DNA from: an uncultured Actinomycetota bacterium
GTDB lineage: Bacteria > Actinomycetota > Actinomycetes > JAHEKZ01
Length of the DNA: 64,000 nucleotides
NCBI GenBank assembly: GCA_963743915.1
Contig: CAVURN010000001.1
Location: forward strand, 576,001 to 640,000
Direction of reading: 5' to 3'
In this document: positions 45,224-55,118 of the stretch, in pieces
How positions within the stretch are numbered: the first letter of the stretch is position 1
Layout: every line of letters starts with the position of its first letter
Notes under the pieces: generated by a model
What the model was told of the DNA's origin: nothing
The model's input: only the letters and a program-made list of their open reading frames with translations
The model's database searches: none
Translations under genes and position numbers: made by a program

Positions 45224-46348
45224 ATGGCGATGATCACCAACCTCACGTCCGAACCCTCCGCCCTGGTCGTGACCTGGGACGACGGCGTCACCACCACGTA
45301 CCCGTGGGTATGGCTCCGCGACCATGCCCACGACGAGGAGACGTTCCACCCGGTCACGATGCAGCGGAACATCCACACGGCATCGATCGACCCGGACATC
45401 TCCGCCTCGGAGGTGACGATCGCCGACGGGGACGTGACCATCACCTGGCGGGCGGGTGACAGCTCGTCGCTTCCTGTCCATTTCCTCGCGCAGTACCGCA
45501 CGCCGGGCACCGCGTCGGTGTCGCTCGACATCGAGCCGGTGCTGTGGGACGCGTCGACGATCGGCGAGGGACCGCGTACCGCCTACGACGCGATCATGAG
45601 CTCCGAGGAGGGCATGCTCGAGTGGCTGACCAACCTCATGACCTATGGTTTCGGGCTGGCGGTCGGGGTGCCGGCCACCGGTGAGGCGACCAAGGAGCTG
45701 CTCGAGAAGATCGCCTACATCCGTCGCTCGATCTTCGGCGGCTTCTGGGAGTTCGAGGCGGACATGAGCAAGGCCGACACGGCCTACACCAACATCGAGC
45801 TGCTCTCCCACACCGACTCCACCTACTGCAACGACGCTCCGGTCCAGCTGCTGCACTGCCTCTACTTCGAGGGAACCGGCGGCGAGTCGACCATCGCCGA
45901 CAGCTTCCGCGTGGCAGAAGAGCTCAAGAAGGAGAACCCTCGGCACTACGAGGTCCTCTCCACGGTCCTGGTGCCTGGCCAGTACATCGGCGACGGCGCG
46001 CACCTCATGGCGATGCGTCCGTTGCTGCGCCACGACCACGAAGGCCGGCTCGTCCAGGTGTCGTTCAACAACGCCGACCGGGCGCCGTTCCTGCTGCCCG
46101 CCGACGAGATGATCGAGTTCTACGACGCGCTGCGCGCGTTCGACCGGCTCTCCAACGAGCACCGCCTCCAGTGGCGTCACCAGCTGAAGCCGGGCGAGGC
46201 GATGATCTTCGACAACTGGCGGGTCATGCACGGTCGGGCGTCGTACTCCGGTGGTCGCAAGCTGTGCGGTGCCTACCTCAACCACGAGGACGTCGAGAGC
46301 CGGATCCGGATGGCCCGGGCCGCGCTCAAGGCCGGCGCCGCAGTCTGA
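45224..46348 (+). CDS. TauD/TfdA family dioxygenase, trimethyllysine dioxygenase / gamma-butyrobetaine hydroxylase-like
   Basis: N-terminal WLRDH GBBH-like domain, DTAYT, HTD iron motif, GGES, FNNADR, FDNWRVMHGR, RKLCGAY. Confidence 0.85.
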   Translation: MAMITNLTSEPSALVVTWDDGVTTTYPWVWLRDHAHDEETFHPVTMQRNIHTASIDPDISASEVTIADGDVTITWRAGDSSSLPVHFLAQYRTPGTASVSLDIEPVLWDASTIGEGPRTAYDAIMSSEEGMLEWLTNLMTYGFGLAVGVPATGEATKELLEKIAYIRRSIFGGFWEFEADMSKADTAYTNIELLSHTDSTYCNDAPVQLLHCLYFEGTGGESTIADSFRVAEELKKENPRHYEVLSTVLVPGQYIGDGAHLMAMRPLLRHDHEGRLVQVSFNNADRAPFLLPADEMIEFYDALRAFDRLSNEHRLQWRHQLKPGEAMIFDNWRVMHGRASYSGGRKLCGAYLNHEDVESRIRMARAALKAGAAV

Positions 46349-46354
46349 TCCGCC

Positions 46355-46936
46355 TCATCGGTCGCCGCCGGGCTTCCACAGCACGTCCCCGCTGCCGCCG
46401 TGCGCCGGCAGGTTGGCGACCCGGCTCAGGATGAAGAGCAGGTCGCTGAGCCGGTTCAGGTAGGTCGCGGTCAGCAGACTCATGTCGTCGTGCTCCGCCA
46501 GGGCCGCCCAGGTGCTGCGCTCGGCCCGCCGGACGACGGTGCGCGCCACGTGCAGCTGGGACGCCGCCACGGTCCCCCCGGGCAGCACGAAGGAGCGGAG
46601 TGCGTCGAGCTGCTCGTTGTAGGTGTCGCACGCGGCCTCGAGCCGGTCGACGTACTGCTGCTCGACCCGGAGGGGAGGGAACTCGGGAGCCTCGACGACC
46701 GGCGTGCAGAGGTCTGCGCCGACATCGAACAGGTCGTTCTGGATCCGCGTGAGCAGAGCGAGGAGCTCGTCGGGGATCCCGCCCGACGCCACCACGACGC
46801 CGATGGCGCAGTTCGCCTCGTCCACGTCCGCGTACGCGACCAGTCTCAGGTCGTTCTTGCTGACCCGGCTCATGTCGCCCAGCGCGGTCGTGCCGTCATC
46901 GCCGGTACGGGTGTAGATGCGGGTGAGGTTGACCAT
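46355..46936 (-). CDS. Cob(I)alamin adenosyltransferase (PduO type)
   Basis: [45 protein letters not shown]. Confidence 0.93.
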   Translation of the reverse strand: MVNLTRIYTRTGDDGTTALGDMSRVSKNDLRLVAYADVDEANCAIGVVVASGGIPDELLALLTRIQNDLFDVGADLCTPVVEAPEFPPLRVEQQYVDRLEAACDTYNEQLDALRSFVLPGGTVAASQLHVARTVVRRAERSTWAALAEHDDMSLLTATYLNRLSDLLFILSRVANLPAHGGSGDVLWKPGGDR

Positions 46937-46972
46937 GACGGCCAGCCTACGGGCACCGCCTACCATGGTCGC

Positions 46973-48274
46973 GTGGAGACCGTCCCGACGCAGCGCCCCC
47001 AGCGCTTCCGCGTCATCGGAGGTGGTCGGCTCGACGGCGAGGTCCGGGTGACCGGGGCCAAGAACTCGGTTCTGAAGCTCATGGCCGCTTCGCTGCTCGC
47101 CACCGGCACGAGCACGCTCACCGAGGTCCCCGACATCCTCGACGTCGCCATCATGTCCGAGCTGCTCCGCCGTCTGGGGTGCGACGTGCAGCACGACCAC
47201 GACGCGGCGAGCGTCACGATCACCGTGCCCGAGCAGCTCCACCATCGAGCCGACTACGACCTCGTACGCCGCATGCGCGCGTCCATCGCCGTGCTCGGTC
47301 CGCTGCTGGCGCGCACCGGCGAGGCGGATGTGGCGCTGCCGGGCGGTGACGCCATCGGTTCCCGCCCACTCGACCTGCACATCTCCGGACTCGTCAAGCT
47401 CGGAGCCACGATCGAGAACGAGCACGGCTTCATCATCGCCAAGGCCAAGCAGCTGACGGGTGCGACGATCTGGCTCGACTTCCCGAGCGTCGGCGCCACC
47501 GAGAACCTGCTCATGGCGGCCGTGCTCGCCGACGGGCGCACCGAGATCGACAACGCCGCGCGCGAGCCGGAGATCGTGGACCTGTGCCACATGCTGCAGG
47601 AGATGGGGGCGTCCATCTCGGGCGCGGGCAGCTCGACGCTGGTGATCGACGGGGTGGATGCGCTGCGTCCGGTCAACCACAAGACCGTCTCGGACCGGAT
47701 CGTCGCCGGCACCTGGGCGATGGCTGCCGCGATGACGCGCGGAGACGTCACCGTGCACAACGCCGACCCCGGACACCTCGAGATCGCGCTCGACAAGCTC
47801 GTCACGGTCGGGGCCACCGTCGACCGGACGGCCGACGGCTTCCGCGTCATGATGGACCGCCAGCCCACGGCTGTTGACGCGGTGACCCTTCCGTACCCGG
47901 GTTTTCCGACCGACCTGCTCCCGCTCGCACTCGCGCTGAACGCGGTGGCGCAGGGCACGGCGATGGTCACCGAGAACGTCTACGAGTCACGGTTCTCCTT
48001 CGTCAACGAGCTCGCGCGCCTGGGGGCAGACATCCGCACCGACGGACACCACGCCGTCGTCCGTGGTCGGCCCGCGCTGTCCGGCGCGCCGGTGACGACC
48101 CCGGACATCCGGGCCGGTGCCGGACTCGTGGTGGCGGGGCTGGTCGCGGAGGGTGAGACCCTGGTCAGCGCCATCCATCACATCGACCGCGGATACCCCC
48201 GCTTCGACGAGCAGCTTCGCTCACTGGGCGCCGACGTGGTGCGCGAGGACGACCCGGACAGCGGCTTCGGCTGA
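46973..48274 (+). CDS. murA: UDP-N-acetylglucosamine 1-carboxyvinyltransferase
   Basis: [46 protein letters not shown]. Confidence 0.96.
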   Translation: METVPTQRPQRFRVIGGGRLDGEVRVTGAKNSVLKLMAASLLATGTSTLTEVPDILDVAIMSELLRRLGCDVQHDHDAASVTITVPEQLHHRADYDLVRRMRASIAVLGPLLARTGEADVALPGGDAIGSRPLDLHISGLVKLGATIENEHGFIIAKAKQLTGATIWLDFPSVGATENLLMAAVLADGRTEIDNAAREPEIVDLCHMLQEMGASISGAGSSTLVIDGVDALRPVNHKTVSDRIVAGTWAMAAAMTRGDVTVHNADPGHLEIALDKLVTVGATVDRTADGFRVMMDRQPTAVDAVTLPYPGFPTDLLPLALALNAVAQGTAMVTENVYESRFSFVNELARLGADIRTDGHHAVVRGRPALSGAPVTTPDIRAGAGLVVAGLVAEGETLVSAIHHIDRGYPRFDEQLRSLGADVVREDDPDSGFG

Positions 48275-48286
48275 GCGCAGCACGGG

Positions 48287-48613
48287 TCAGGGGGCGCCGG
48301 CGACGATCGCCTCGGCCTCGACGCGGTCCGCCGGCCAGACCATGACGCGGGGACCGTCGTTGGTCATCGCGACGGTGGCCCTGATGCCCGCGTCGTCCAG
48401 CCGTTGCCTGATCAGCTCAGCCTCGATGTAGGTACCCGGAGCCGCGACCGCGTCGAGCAGTCCGTACTCGTCGGGGTCGCCCGGGAGCGGCGGCCGCTCG
48501 ACGACCGATCCGCCTGAGCCGAACGCCCACCGGAGGAGCAGCATGAGGACGCCGATGGCCAGCAGGGCGACCAGCGGCCCGTAGACGTAGGAGTAGCTGC
48601 CCCAGGACGGCAT
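48287..48613 (-). CDS. Conserved actinobacterial hypothetical membrane protein (DUF2007-like C-terminus)
   Basis: TM + LRWAF, DEYGLL, LDDAGIRAT; CAGAAT-N6-ATG leaderless-type context. Confidence 0.65.
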   Translation of the reverse strand: MPSWGSYSYVYGPLVALLAIGVLMLLLRWAFGSGGSVVERPPLPGDPDEYGLLDAVAAPGTYIEAELIRQRLDDAGIRATVAMTNDGPRVMVWPADRVEAEAIVAGAP

Positions 48614-48701
48614 GGTCCGATTCTGCGCCCCGGGACGGCCGGGCGCCAGCGCACGGGAGCCCGCGGGCTAGCCTGCTCCCGGTCGAGGGAGAGGAGACCC
48701 G

Positions 48702-49556
48702 GTGAGCGACGGACGAGCAGGTGCGGTCGGGGTGGTGGGCGCGGGCCTGATGGGCTCGGGGATCGCCCAGGTCGCCGCACAGGCCGGCTACGAGGTGCAC
48801 CTGTACGACGTGAACCAGCAGGCGCTGGACCGCGGCCGGGACGGCATCGCCTCGTCGCTGGCCAGGCTCGCCGACAAGGGACGCGTCGCCGACCCCGAGT
48901 CGGTGCTGGCGCGCATCCGCACGACCACCGATCTCGGCGCCATGGCCGACACCGCGATCTGCGTCGAGGCCGTCTACGAGAAGCTCGAGGTCAAGCAGGA
49001 CGTCTTCCGCGCGCTGGACGCGGTGACGACGGCGAGTACGGTGCTGGCCACGAACACGTCGGCGCTGCCCATCACGCAGCTGGCCGCGGTGACCGGTCGG
49101 CCGGACCGCGTCGTGGGAACGCACTTCTTCTCACCGGTGCCGATGATGGAGCTCTGTGAGCTCGTGCGTGGCTACCACACGTCGGACCAGACCTTGGCCA
49201 TCGCGCGCGACTTCGCCGAGAACGCCGGAAAGACCTGCGTGGTCGTCAACCGGGACGTGGCGGGTTTCGTCACCACGCGCCTGATCGCCGCTCTGGTCGT
49301 GGAGGCTGCTCGGCTCGTCGAGTCCGGAGTCGCCACGGCCGAGGACGTCGACACCGCCTGCCGCCTCGGTTTCGGGCACGCCATGGGGCCGCTGGAGACG
49401 ATGGATCTCGTGGGCATCGATGTCATGGTCGACGCGGCCGACAACATCGCTGCCGAGACACCGGGTGACACGTTCGCCGTCCCTGGCCTCCTGCGCCGGA
49501 TGGTGGCGGCGGGTGCCCTCGGGCGGAAGACGGCCCAAGGCTTCTACCCCTACTGA
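48702..49556 (+). CDS. 3-hydroxybutyryl-CoA / 3-hydroxyacyl-CoA dehydrogenase
   Basis: GAGLMGSGIA, EAVYE, ATNTS, GTHFFSP, MGPL, GRKT. Confidence 0.92.
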   Translation: MSDGRAGAVGVVGAGLMGSGIAQVAAQAGYEVHLYDVNQQALDRGRDGIASSLARLADKGRVADPESVLARIRTTTDLGAMADTAICVEAVYEKLEVKQDVFRALDAVTTASTVLATNTSALPITQLAAVTGRPDRVVGTHFFSPVPMMELCELVRGYHTSDQTLAIARDFAENAGKTCVVVNRDVAGFVTTRLIAALVVEAARLVESGVATAEDVDTACRLGFGHAMGPLETMDLVGIDVMVDAADNIAAETPGDTFAVPGLLRRMVAAGALGRKTAQGFYPY

Positions 49557-49702
49557 CACCGCGAAGTTCGGCCGCGCCGCGGCGTGTCTGCTCGGCAGTC
49601 CTCACCAGCACCGCTAAGTTGCGGCCACTCGGAGTCCGTCGACGACTTCCCTCCCCGTGCCTCTCGCGTGGGGCGCCGACCGGCCCGGGTGCGGAGGGTT
49701 TG

Positions 49703-50005
49703 ATGCACCCCTATGACGTGTCGCTGCCGTCCCGCGTGGACGCCACGACCTCCGGAGACGTCCGCTATGCCCTGCAGGTGGCACTCGACGCCGTCCATGA
49801 GGGCGATCTGCTCGTCGACGCTGCTGCCGTGATGAGCCTGGACGTGGCCGGTCTCGGTGTCCTGGTGGCGGCGCACCGCAAGGCGCGCCACCGGGGCATC
49901 CGACTGGTCATCTGCAACCCGCAGCCGCGTGTGCTGCGGATCCTCGCGGTGACCCGGCTGCACCGGGTGCTGATCCTCGACCGGACGCAGTCGTTCGCCG
50001 GTTGA
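49703..50005 (+). CDS. STAS domain protein (anti-sigma factor antagonist-like)
   Basis: RVDAT, LLVD, LDVAGLGVL, RILAVTRL; GGAGGG RBS. Confidence 0.8.
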   Translation: MHPYDVSLPSRVDATTSGDVRYALQVALDAVHEGDLLVDAAAVMSLDVAGLGVLVAAHRKARHRGIRLVICNPQPRVLRILAVTRLHRVLILDRTQSFAG

Positions 50006-50070
50006 CCGTCTGAGCGGGACGGCGTCCCGCTAGGCTGGCGCTGTTCCACCGGGACCTCTTGGAGGCTTGG

Positions 50071-52128
50071 ATGGCCGGCCCATCATCGGACACGCCCTCG
50101 GACGCGTCGTCGCGTCCGCACACGGAGCGACCTCCACGCGACCGCCCCTGGGTGATGCGTACCTACGCAGGACACTCGTCCGCCCGCGCGTCCAACGAGC
50201 TGTTCCGCACGAACCTGACCAAGGGTCAGACCGGACTGTCGATCGCCTTCGACCTGCCGACCCAGACGGGATACGACCCCGACCACGACCTCGCACGTGG
50301 CGAGGTGGGCAAGGTCGGGGTCCCCGTCACCCACCTCGGCGACATGCGTGCGCTGCTCGACGGCATCCCGCTCGGCGACATGAACACCTCGATGACCATC
50401 AACGCGACGGCGATGTGGCTCCTTGCGCTCTACATCTCGCTGGCCGAGGAGCAAGGAGTCGACCCGGCAGATCTGCAGGGGACGACGCAGAACGACATCA
50501 TCAAGGAGTACCTGTCGCGGGGGACCTACATCTTCCCTCCTGCGCCCTCACTCCGGCTGATCACCGACATGATCGCCTACACCGTCGCCCACGTCCCGAA
50601 GTGGAACCCGACGAACATCTGCAGCTACCACCTGCAGGAAGCCGGAGCGACACCCGTCCAGGAGCTCGCTTTCTCGCTGAGCACGGCGGTCGCCGTCCTC
50701 GACGCAGTGCGCGACGCCGGGCAGGTTCCGCCCGAGCGGTTCGGGGACGTCGTCCAGCGCATCTCGTTCTTCGTGAACGCCGGCGTCCGGTTCGTCGAGG
50801 AGATGTGCAAGGTACGTGCGTTCTCACAGCTGTGGGACGAGATCACGCGGGAGCGGTACGGCATCACCGATGCCAGGCAGCGGAGGTTCCGCTACGGCGT
50901 GCAGGTGAACTCGCTCGGCCTGACCGAGGCGCAGCCTGAGAACAACGTCGGTCGCATCATGCTCGAGATGCTCGCCGTCACGCTGTCCAAGGACGCCAGG
51001 GCGCGCGCTATCCAGCTGCCCGCGTGGAACGAGGCGCTGGGACTTCCCCGTCCCTGGGACCAGCAGTGGTCGCTGCGGTTGCAGCAGGTCCTGGCCTTCG
51101 AGTCCGACCTGCTCGAGTACCCCGATCTCTTCGAGGGATCCGTCGTCGTCGAGACCAAGGTTGCCGAGCTGGTGTCCGGCGCGCGCTCGGAGATGGCCCG
51201 GATCGAGGAGATGGGCGGCGCGCTGGCCGCCGTCGAGTCGGGATACATGAAGGCCGCCCTCGTGCAGTCGCACGCCGAACGCCGTCGAGGCATCGAGTCC
51301 GGGGAGGACGTCGTCGTCGGGGTGAACCGGTTCACCTCGACCGAGCCCAACCCGCTGCTGGTGGACCTGGACGAGGCGATCATGACGGTCGCCGCCGACG
51401 TGCAGGAGAAGGCTGAGCGGGCTCTCGGGCAGTGGCGCGCGGAGCGGGACGAGGACGCCGTCACCAAGGCGTTGGACGCCTTGAGCGCCGACGCGGCCAG
51501 CGGCGCCAACCTCATGCCGGCCAGCCTTGCCTGCGCGCGGTCCGGCGTCACGACGGGGGAGTGGGCCGACACCCTGCGGGAGGTGTTCGGTGAGTACCGA
51601 GCACCCACGGGCGTGACCGCGTCCGGCGGCTCGTCCGGTACCGGGTCCGCGGTGCGCGATGCGGTGAGCCGGACCGCCGCCGACCTCGGCGGACGGCTGC
51701 GCTTCCTGGTCGGCAAGCCCGGGCTCGACGGCCACTCCAACGGCGCCGAGCAGATCGCGGTGCGGGCGCGGGACGCCGGTTTCGAGGTGGTCTACCAGGG
51801 CATCCGACTGACCCCTGAGCAGATCGTGGCGGCGGCGGTCGAGGAGGACGTCCACGTCGTGGGTCTGTCGGTGCTGTCGGGCTCGCACATGGAGCTCGTT
51901 CCGGGGGTGCTCGACCGGATGCGCTCTGCGGGACTCGAGGACGTCCCGGTCGTCGTGGGGGGGATCATCCCCGAGTCGGACGCCGCCGAGCTGCTGGCGC
52001 AGGGCGCCGCGGCCGTCTTCACGCCGAAGGACTACACGATCGACGACATCATGCTTCGCATCGTCGACGAGATCCGGCGCGCCCACGACCTGCCCCTGCC
52101 GGCATCGGAGGGTGTCCCGGGGTCGTAG
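50071..52128 (+). CDS. meaA: Protein MeaA / ethylmalonyl-CoA mutase (B12-dependent)
   Basis: PWVMRTYAGHS, AFDLPTQTGYD, QNDIIKEY, RYGVQVNSLG, KPGLDGHSNGAE B12-binding motif. Confidence 0.93.
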   Translation: MAGPSSDTPSDASSRPHTERPPRDRPWVMRTYAGHSSARASNELFRTNLTKGQTGLSIAFDLPTQTGYDPDHDLARGEVGKVGVPVTHLGDMRALLDGIPLGDMNTSMTINATAMWLLALYISLAEEQGVDPADLQGTTQNDIIKEYLSRGTYIFPPAPSLRLITDMIAYTVAHVPKWNPTNICSYHLQEAGATPVQELAFSLSTAVAVLDAVRDAGQVPPERFGDVVQRISFFVNAGVRFVEEMCKVRAFSQLWDEITRERYGITDARQRRFRYGVQVNSLGLTEAQPENNVGRIMLEMLAVTLSKDARARAIQLPAWNEALGLPRPWDQQWSLRLQQVLAFESDLLEYPDLFEGSVVVETKVAELVSGARSEMARIEEMGGALAAVESGYMKAALVQSHAERRRGIESGEDVVVGVNRFTSTEPNPLLVDLDEAIMTVAADVQEKAERALGQWRAERDEDAVTKALDALSADAASGANLMPASLACARSGVTTGEWADTLREVFGEYRAPTGVTASGGSSGTGSAVRDAVSRTAADLGGRLRFLVGKPGLDGHSNGAEQIAVRARDAGFEVVYQGIRLTPEQIVAAAVEEDVHVVGLSVLSGSHMELVPGVLDRMRSAGLEDVPVVVGGIIPESDAAELLAQGAAAVFTPKDYTIDDIMLRIVDEIRRAHDLPLPASEGVPGS

Positions 52129-52204
52129 TACCAGCGGACAATGGTGGACTGCACTCGCCGACGGCCAACCTGACGGTGTCCGAACGACACCACAGGAGGC
52201 AGAG

Positions 52205-52603
52205 ATGATGAACACGAGGAACACCGCCATCCGGATCGGCGCCGTCGCGCTTGCCGGTACCGCGCTGCTCGCCACCGCCGGCCCAGCCCTGGCCAACGAC
52301 GCCGACGTCATCCGCCGCGGGGCCTGCTCCGGCTCGAGTGACTGGAAGCTGAAGGCCAGCCCGGAGAACGGCCGGATCGAGGTCGAGGGCGAGGTCGACA
52401 GCAACCGCACCGGCCAGACCTGGAAGTGGCGGATGCTCCACAACGGCACGGTGTCCGCGAGTGGCACGGCGACCACGACCGGTCCCAGCGGCTCCTTCGA
52501 CGTCCGTCGTCTCATGGTGAACCTTGCCGGCACCGACCAGATCGGCTGGCGGGCGCGCAACCCCGCCACCGGCGAGGTCTGCCGCGGTAACCTCAGCTTC
52601 TGA
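52205..52603 (+). CDS. Hypothetical secreted beta-rich protein (2 Cys)
   Basis: AGGAGG RBS, signal peptide ending PALA, terminal Cys pair (GACS ... EVCRG). Confidence 0.75.
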   Translation: MMNTRNTAIRIGAVALAGTALLATAGPALANDADVIRRGACSGSSDWKLKASPENGRIEVEGEVDSNRTGQTWKWRMLHNGTVSASGTATTTGPSGSFDVRRLMVNLAGTDQIGWRARNPATGEVCRGNLSF

Positions 52604-52629
52604 TCGGCCACAGCTCGGAGGAAGCCTGC

Positions 52630-53964
52630 GTGCCGTCCCTCACGCCCACGACTGCACGACCGGTCACCGCACCGGGGTCACGCCCCTGGTGGCAGCGACC
52701 GGTCGTGCAGTTCGTCGCGGTCGGGGTGGTGGTGGCGGTCGTGCTGGCACTGGTCACCGCGTGGTTCGGCGAGCGCATCGCCCGGGACCAGGCCGTGGAT
52801 GACGCGCGCACGACCACCCGGCTGCTCGCCGACACCGTCATCGAGCCGGCGCTGTCGTCCGGTCTGCTGGACACCGAGGCCAGCGACCTCGACAAGTTCG
52901 ACCGGATCGTGCGCAGTCGGGTGCTCGGGTCCGAGATCGTGCGGATCAAGATCTGGGACGCCGACGGCCGCGTCGTGTACTCCGACGAGCCGCGTCTGAT
53001 CGGCAGTGTGTTCCCGTTGGACGGCGAGCAGCTCGACGTCCTCGAGAGGGGTGGCTCGAACGCGGAGGTGTCCGACCTCGCTCGGTCGGAGAACACCTTC
53101 GACCAGCAGCTCGGTCGGGTCCTCGAGGTGTACACCGAGGTGACCGCGCCGAGCGGTGACCGGCTGCTGTTCGAGCTGTACCAGAGCGACGACGACCTGC
53201 AGCAGCGGACTGACGAGCTCTACCGCCTCTTCCGGCCACTCACGGTGGGTGGCCTCCTGGTCTTCCTCCTGCTCACCGTTCCCCTCGTCTGGCTGGTCAG
53301 CCGACGCGCCGACCGTGCTGCGGCCGACCGGGAGCGGCTGCTCGTCATGGCCGCGGAGGCGTCGGACGCCGAGCGGCGCAGGGTGGCGCGCGACCTGCAC
53401 GACGGGGTGGTGCAGGATCTCGCCGGCACGTCGTTCGCGCTCGCCGGCCTCGCCCGCGAGGCGAGGGAGCCGCGGCTCGGCGCGGAGCTGGAGCGCCTCG
53501 CCTCGGCGGTGCGCGGCAGCCTGCTCGGCCTGCGGTCGCTCCTCGTCGAGATCTACCCGCCGCAGCTGGACGCCGAGGGGCTCGGTGCGGCGCTGCAGGA
53601 CCTCGTGGCGCCGGCGCGACAGGCCGGCATCGACGTCGAGCTGCAGGTGGAGGGCGCCGAACGGCTGTCGGACCACACCACCGCGCTCATCTGGCGTACG
53701 GCGCAGGAGTGTGTGCGCAACGCCGTCCGTCACGCCGAGCCGAGTCGGCTGCAGGTCAGCGTGGCCGTCACCGAGCGTCCACCGCGTGCCTCGCTGTCGG
53801 TGGCTGACGACGGACGTGGGTTCGACGCCGATGCGGTGGCGTCGCACGACCGCTTCGGCCTGCGCGGCCTGCGCGACCTCGCGCGCGAGGCGGGGGGCAC
53901 CCTGACGGTCACCTCGCGGCCGGGGGGCGGCACGGTGGTGACCCTGGAGGTGCCGGTCCAGTGA
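52630..53964 (+). CDS. Sensor histidine kinase (HisKA_3 type)
   Basis: 2 TM with extracellular sensor, ERRRVARDLHDG, NAVRHA, DDGRGF, GLRG. Confidence 0.92.
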   Translation: MPSLTPTTARPVTAPGSRPWWQRPVVQFVAVGVVVAVVLALVTAWFGERIARDQAVDDARTTTRLLADTVIEPALSSGLLDTEASDLDKFDRIVRSRVLGSEIVRIKIWDADGRVVYSDEPRLIGSVFPLDGEQLDVLERGGSNAEVSDLARSENTFDQQLGRVLEVYTEVTAPSGDRLLFELYQSDDDLQQRTDELYRLFRPLTVGGLLVFLLLTVPLVWLVSRRADRAAADRERLLVMAAEASDAERRRVARDLHDGVVQDLAGTSFALAGLAREAREPRLGAELERLASAVRGSLLGLRSLLVEIYPPQLDAEGLGAALQDLVAPARQAGIDVELQVEGAERLSDHTTALIWRTAQECVRNAVRHAEPSRLQVSVAVTERPPRASLSVADDGRGFDADAVASHDRFGLRGLRDLAREAGGTLTVTSRPGGGTVVTLEVPVQ

Positions 53965-54587
53965 TCCGGGTTCTGGTGGTGGACGACCACTCGATGGTGC
54001 GCGCCGGGCTGCAGCAGCTGCTGGGCAGCGCGTCGGACATCGAGGTGCTCGGGCTCGCGGGGAACGGCGCCGAGGCGGTGCAGCTCGCCGAGCAGCTGCG
54101 ACCCGACGTCGTCCTCATGGACCTGCAGATGCCGGTCAAGGACGGCGTCGCCGCCACCGCGGAGATCCGTGCCCTGCTGCCCGAGGCACAGGTGGTGATC
54201 CTCACCTCCTTCTCCGACCGTGACCGGATCGTCGGAGCCATCGACGCCGGTGCCGTCGGGTACCTGCTCAAGGACGCGTCACCGGACGAGCTGCTCGCCG
54301 GCGTGCGGGCGGCGTCCCGCGGGGAGTCGCCGCTGCACCCGCGGGCCGCCCGTGAGCTGCTCTCCGCGCGGACCGACGCGGCGTCCAAGCCGGTCGTGGA
54401 GCTGACGGCGCGCGAGACCGAGGTGCTGGGGCTGGTACGTCAGGGATTGTCGAACAAGCAGATCGCCCGACGCCTCGGGATCACCGAGCGCACGGTGAAG
54501 GCGCACCTGACGTCGTGCTTCCAGCGGATCGGCGTGCTGGACCGGACGCAGGCCGCCGTGTGGGCCGAGCGCCACGGGGTCGGCTGA
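53961..54587 (+). CDS. NarL/LuxR family response regulator
   Basis: VVDDH, MDLQMP, GYLLKD, LTARETEVL, SNKQIA HTH. Confidence 0.94.
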   Translation: MIRVLVVDDHSMVRAGLQQLLGSASDIEVLGLAGNGAEAVQLAEQLRPDVVLMDLQMPVKDGVAATAEIRALLPEAQVVILTSFSDRDRIVGAIDAGAVGYLLKDASPDELLAGVRAASRGESPLHPRAARELLSARTDAASKPVVELTARETEVLGLVRQGLSNKQIARRLGITERTVKAHLTSCFQRIGVLDRTQAAVWAERHGVG

Positions 54588-54603
54588 CGTTTCCGCCCGA
54601 TCG

Positions 54604-54661
54604 CTACGCCAGACCGCCACGGTCACGCCGCAGGACGGGGCATCGTGGCGCCCTGGCGTAG
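54604..54661. repeat. 58-nt imperfect palindrome between convergent genes (bidirectional terminator or REP-like)
   Basis: CTACGCCAG/CTGGCGTAG outer arms and CGCCACG/CGTGGCG inner arms. Confidence 0.6.
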
Positions 54662-54664
54662 AAA

Positions 54665-55063
54665 TCAGGTGCCGGGCGGAGGGACGTCGTAGGCGGATCC
54701 CCCGGCGACCGGCGGGTCGACGGGAGGTGCCGACGGCGCTGCCGGCGGGGGCGTGGGAGCCGGGGGTGGTGTCGGAGCCGGCGGCGGGGCAGCGGGCGCC
54801 TCATCCTCGGCTCCGGGGAATCCGTCGGTGCCGTTCTCGGTGACGAACTGGTCGACGGCCTGCAGCGCGGTGTCGACGTCGGCGCGAGAACCGCCGGAGC
54901 GCTGCTCGGCGTAGAACGCCGCGCCCAGGGCGGCGAGCAGCTTGCCGGCCTCACGCTTGGCCTGCGCCTCGTCGAGCTTGGCCTGCCCGGTCTCGACGCC
55001 CTTCTTGGCCTCGTCGAGCGCCTGCTGCGCGACCTGCTTTGCCTTGTCCAGGAATCCAGCCAT
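54665..55063 (-). CDS. Hypothetical protein, amphipathic N-terminus and Pro-rich tail
   Basis: MAGFLDKAKQ start typical of small actinobacterial proteins; coding-like GC3. Confidence 0.65.
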   Translation of the reverse strand: MAGFLDKAKQVAQQALDEAKKGVETGQAKLDEAQAKREAGKLLAALGAAFYAEQRSGGSRADVDTALQAVDQFVTENGTDGFPGAEDEAPAAPPPAPTPPPAPTPPPAAPSAPPVDPPVAGGSAYDVPPPGT

Positions 55064-55118
55064 GGGTCCACCCTACGACGACGTGCCCCGCGGTTCGGCT
55101 GCTGCCAACCCTGACAGC

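Noticed and set aside
50006-50070. Cobalamin riboswitch near meaA or pduO
   Set aside because: Spacers of 65 and 36 nt; no B12-box recognisable
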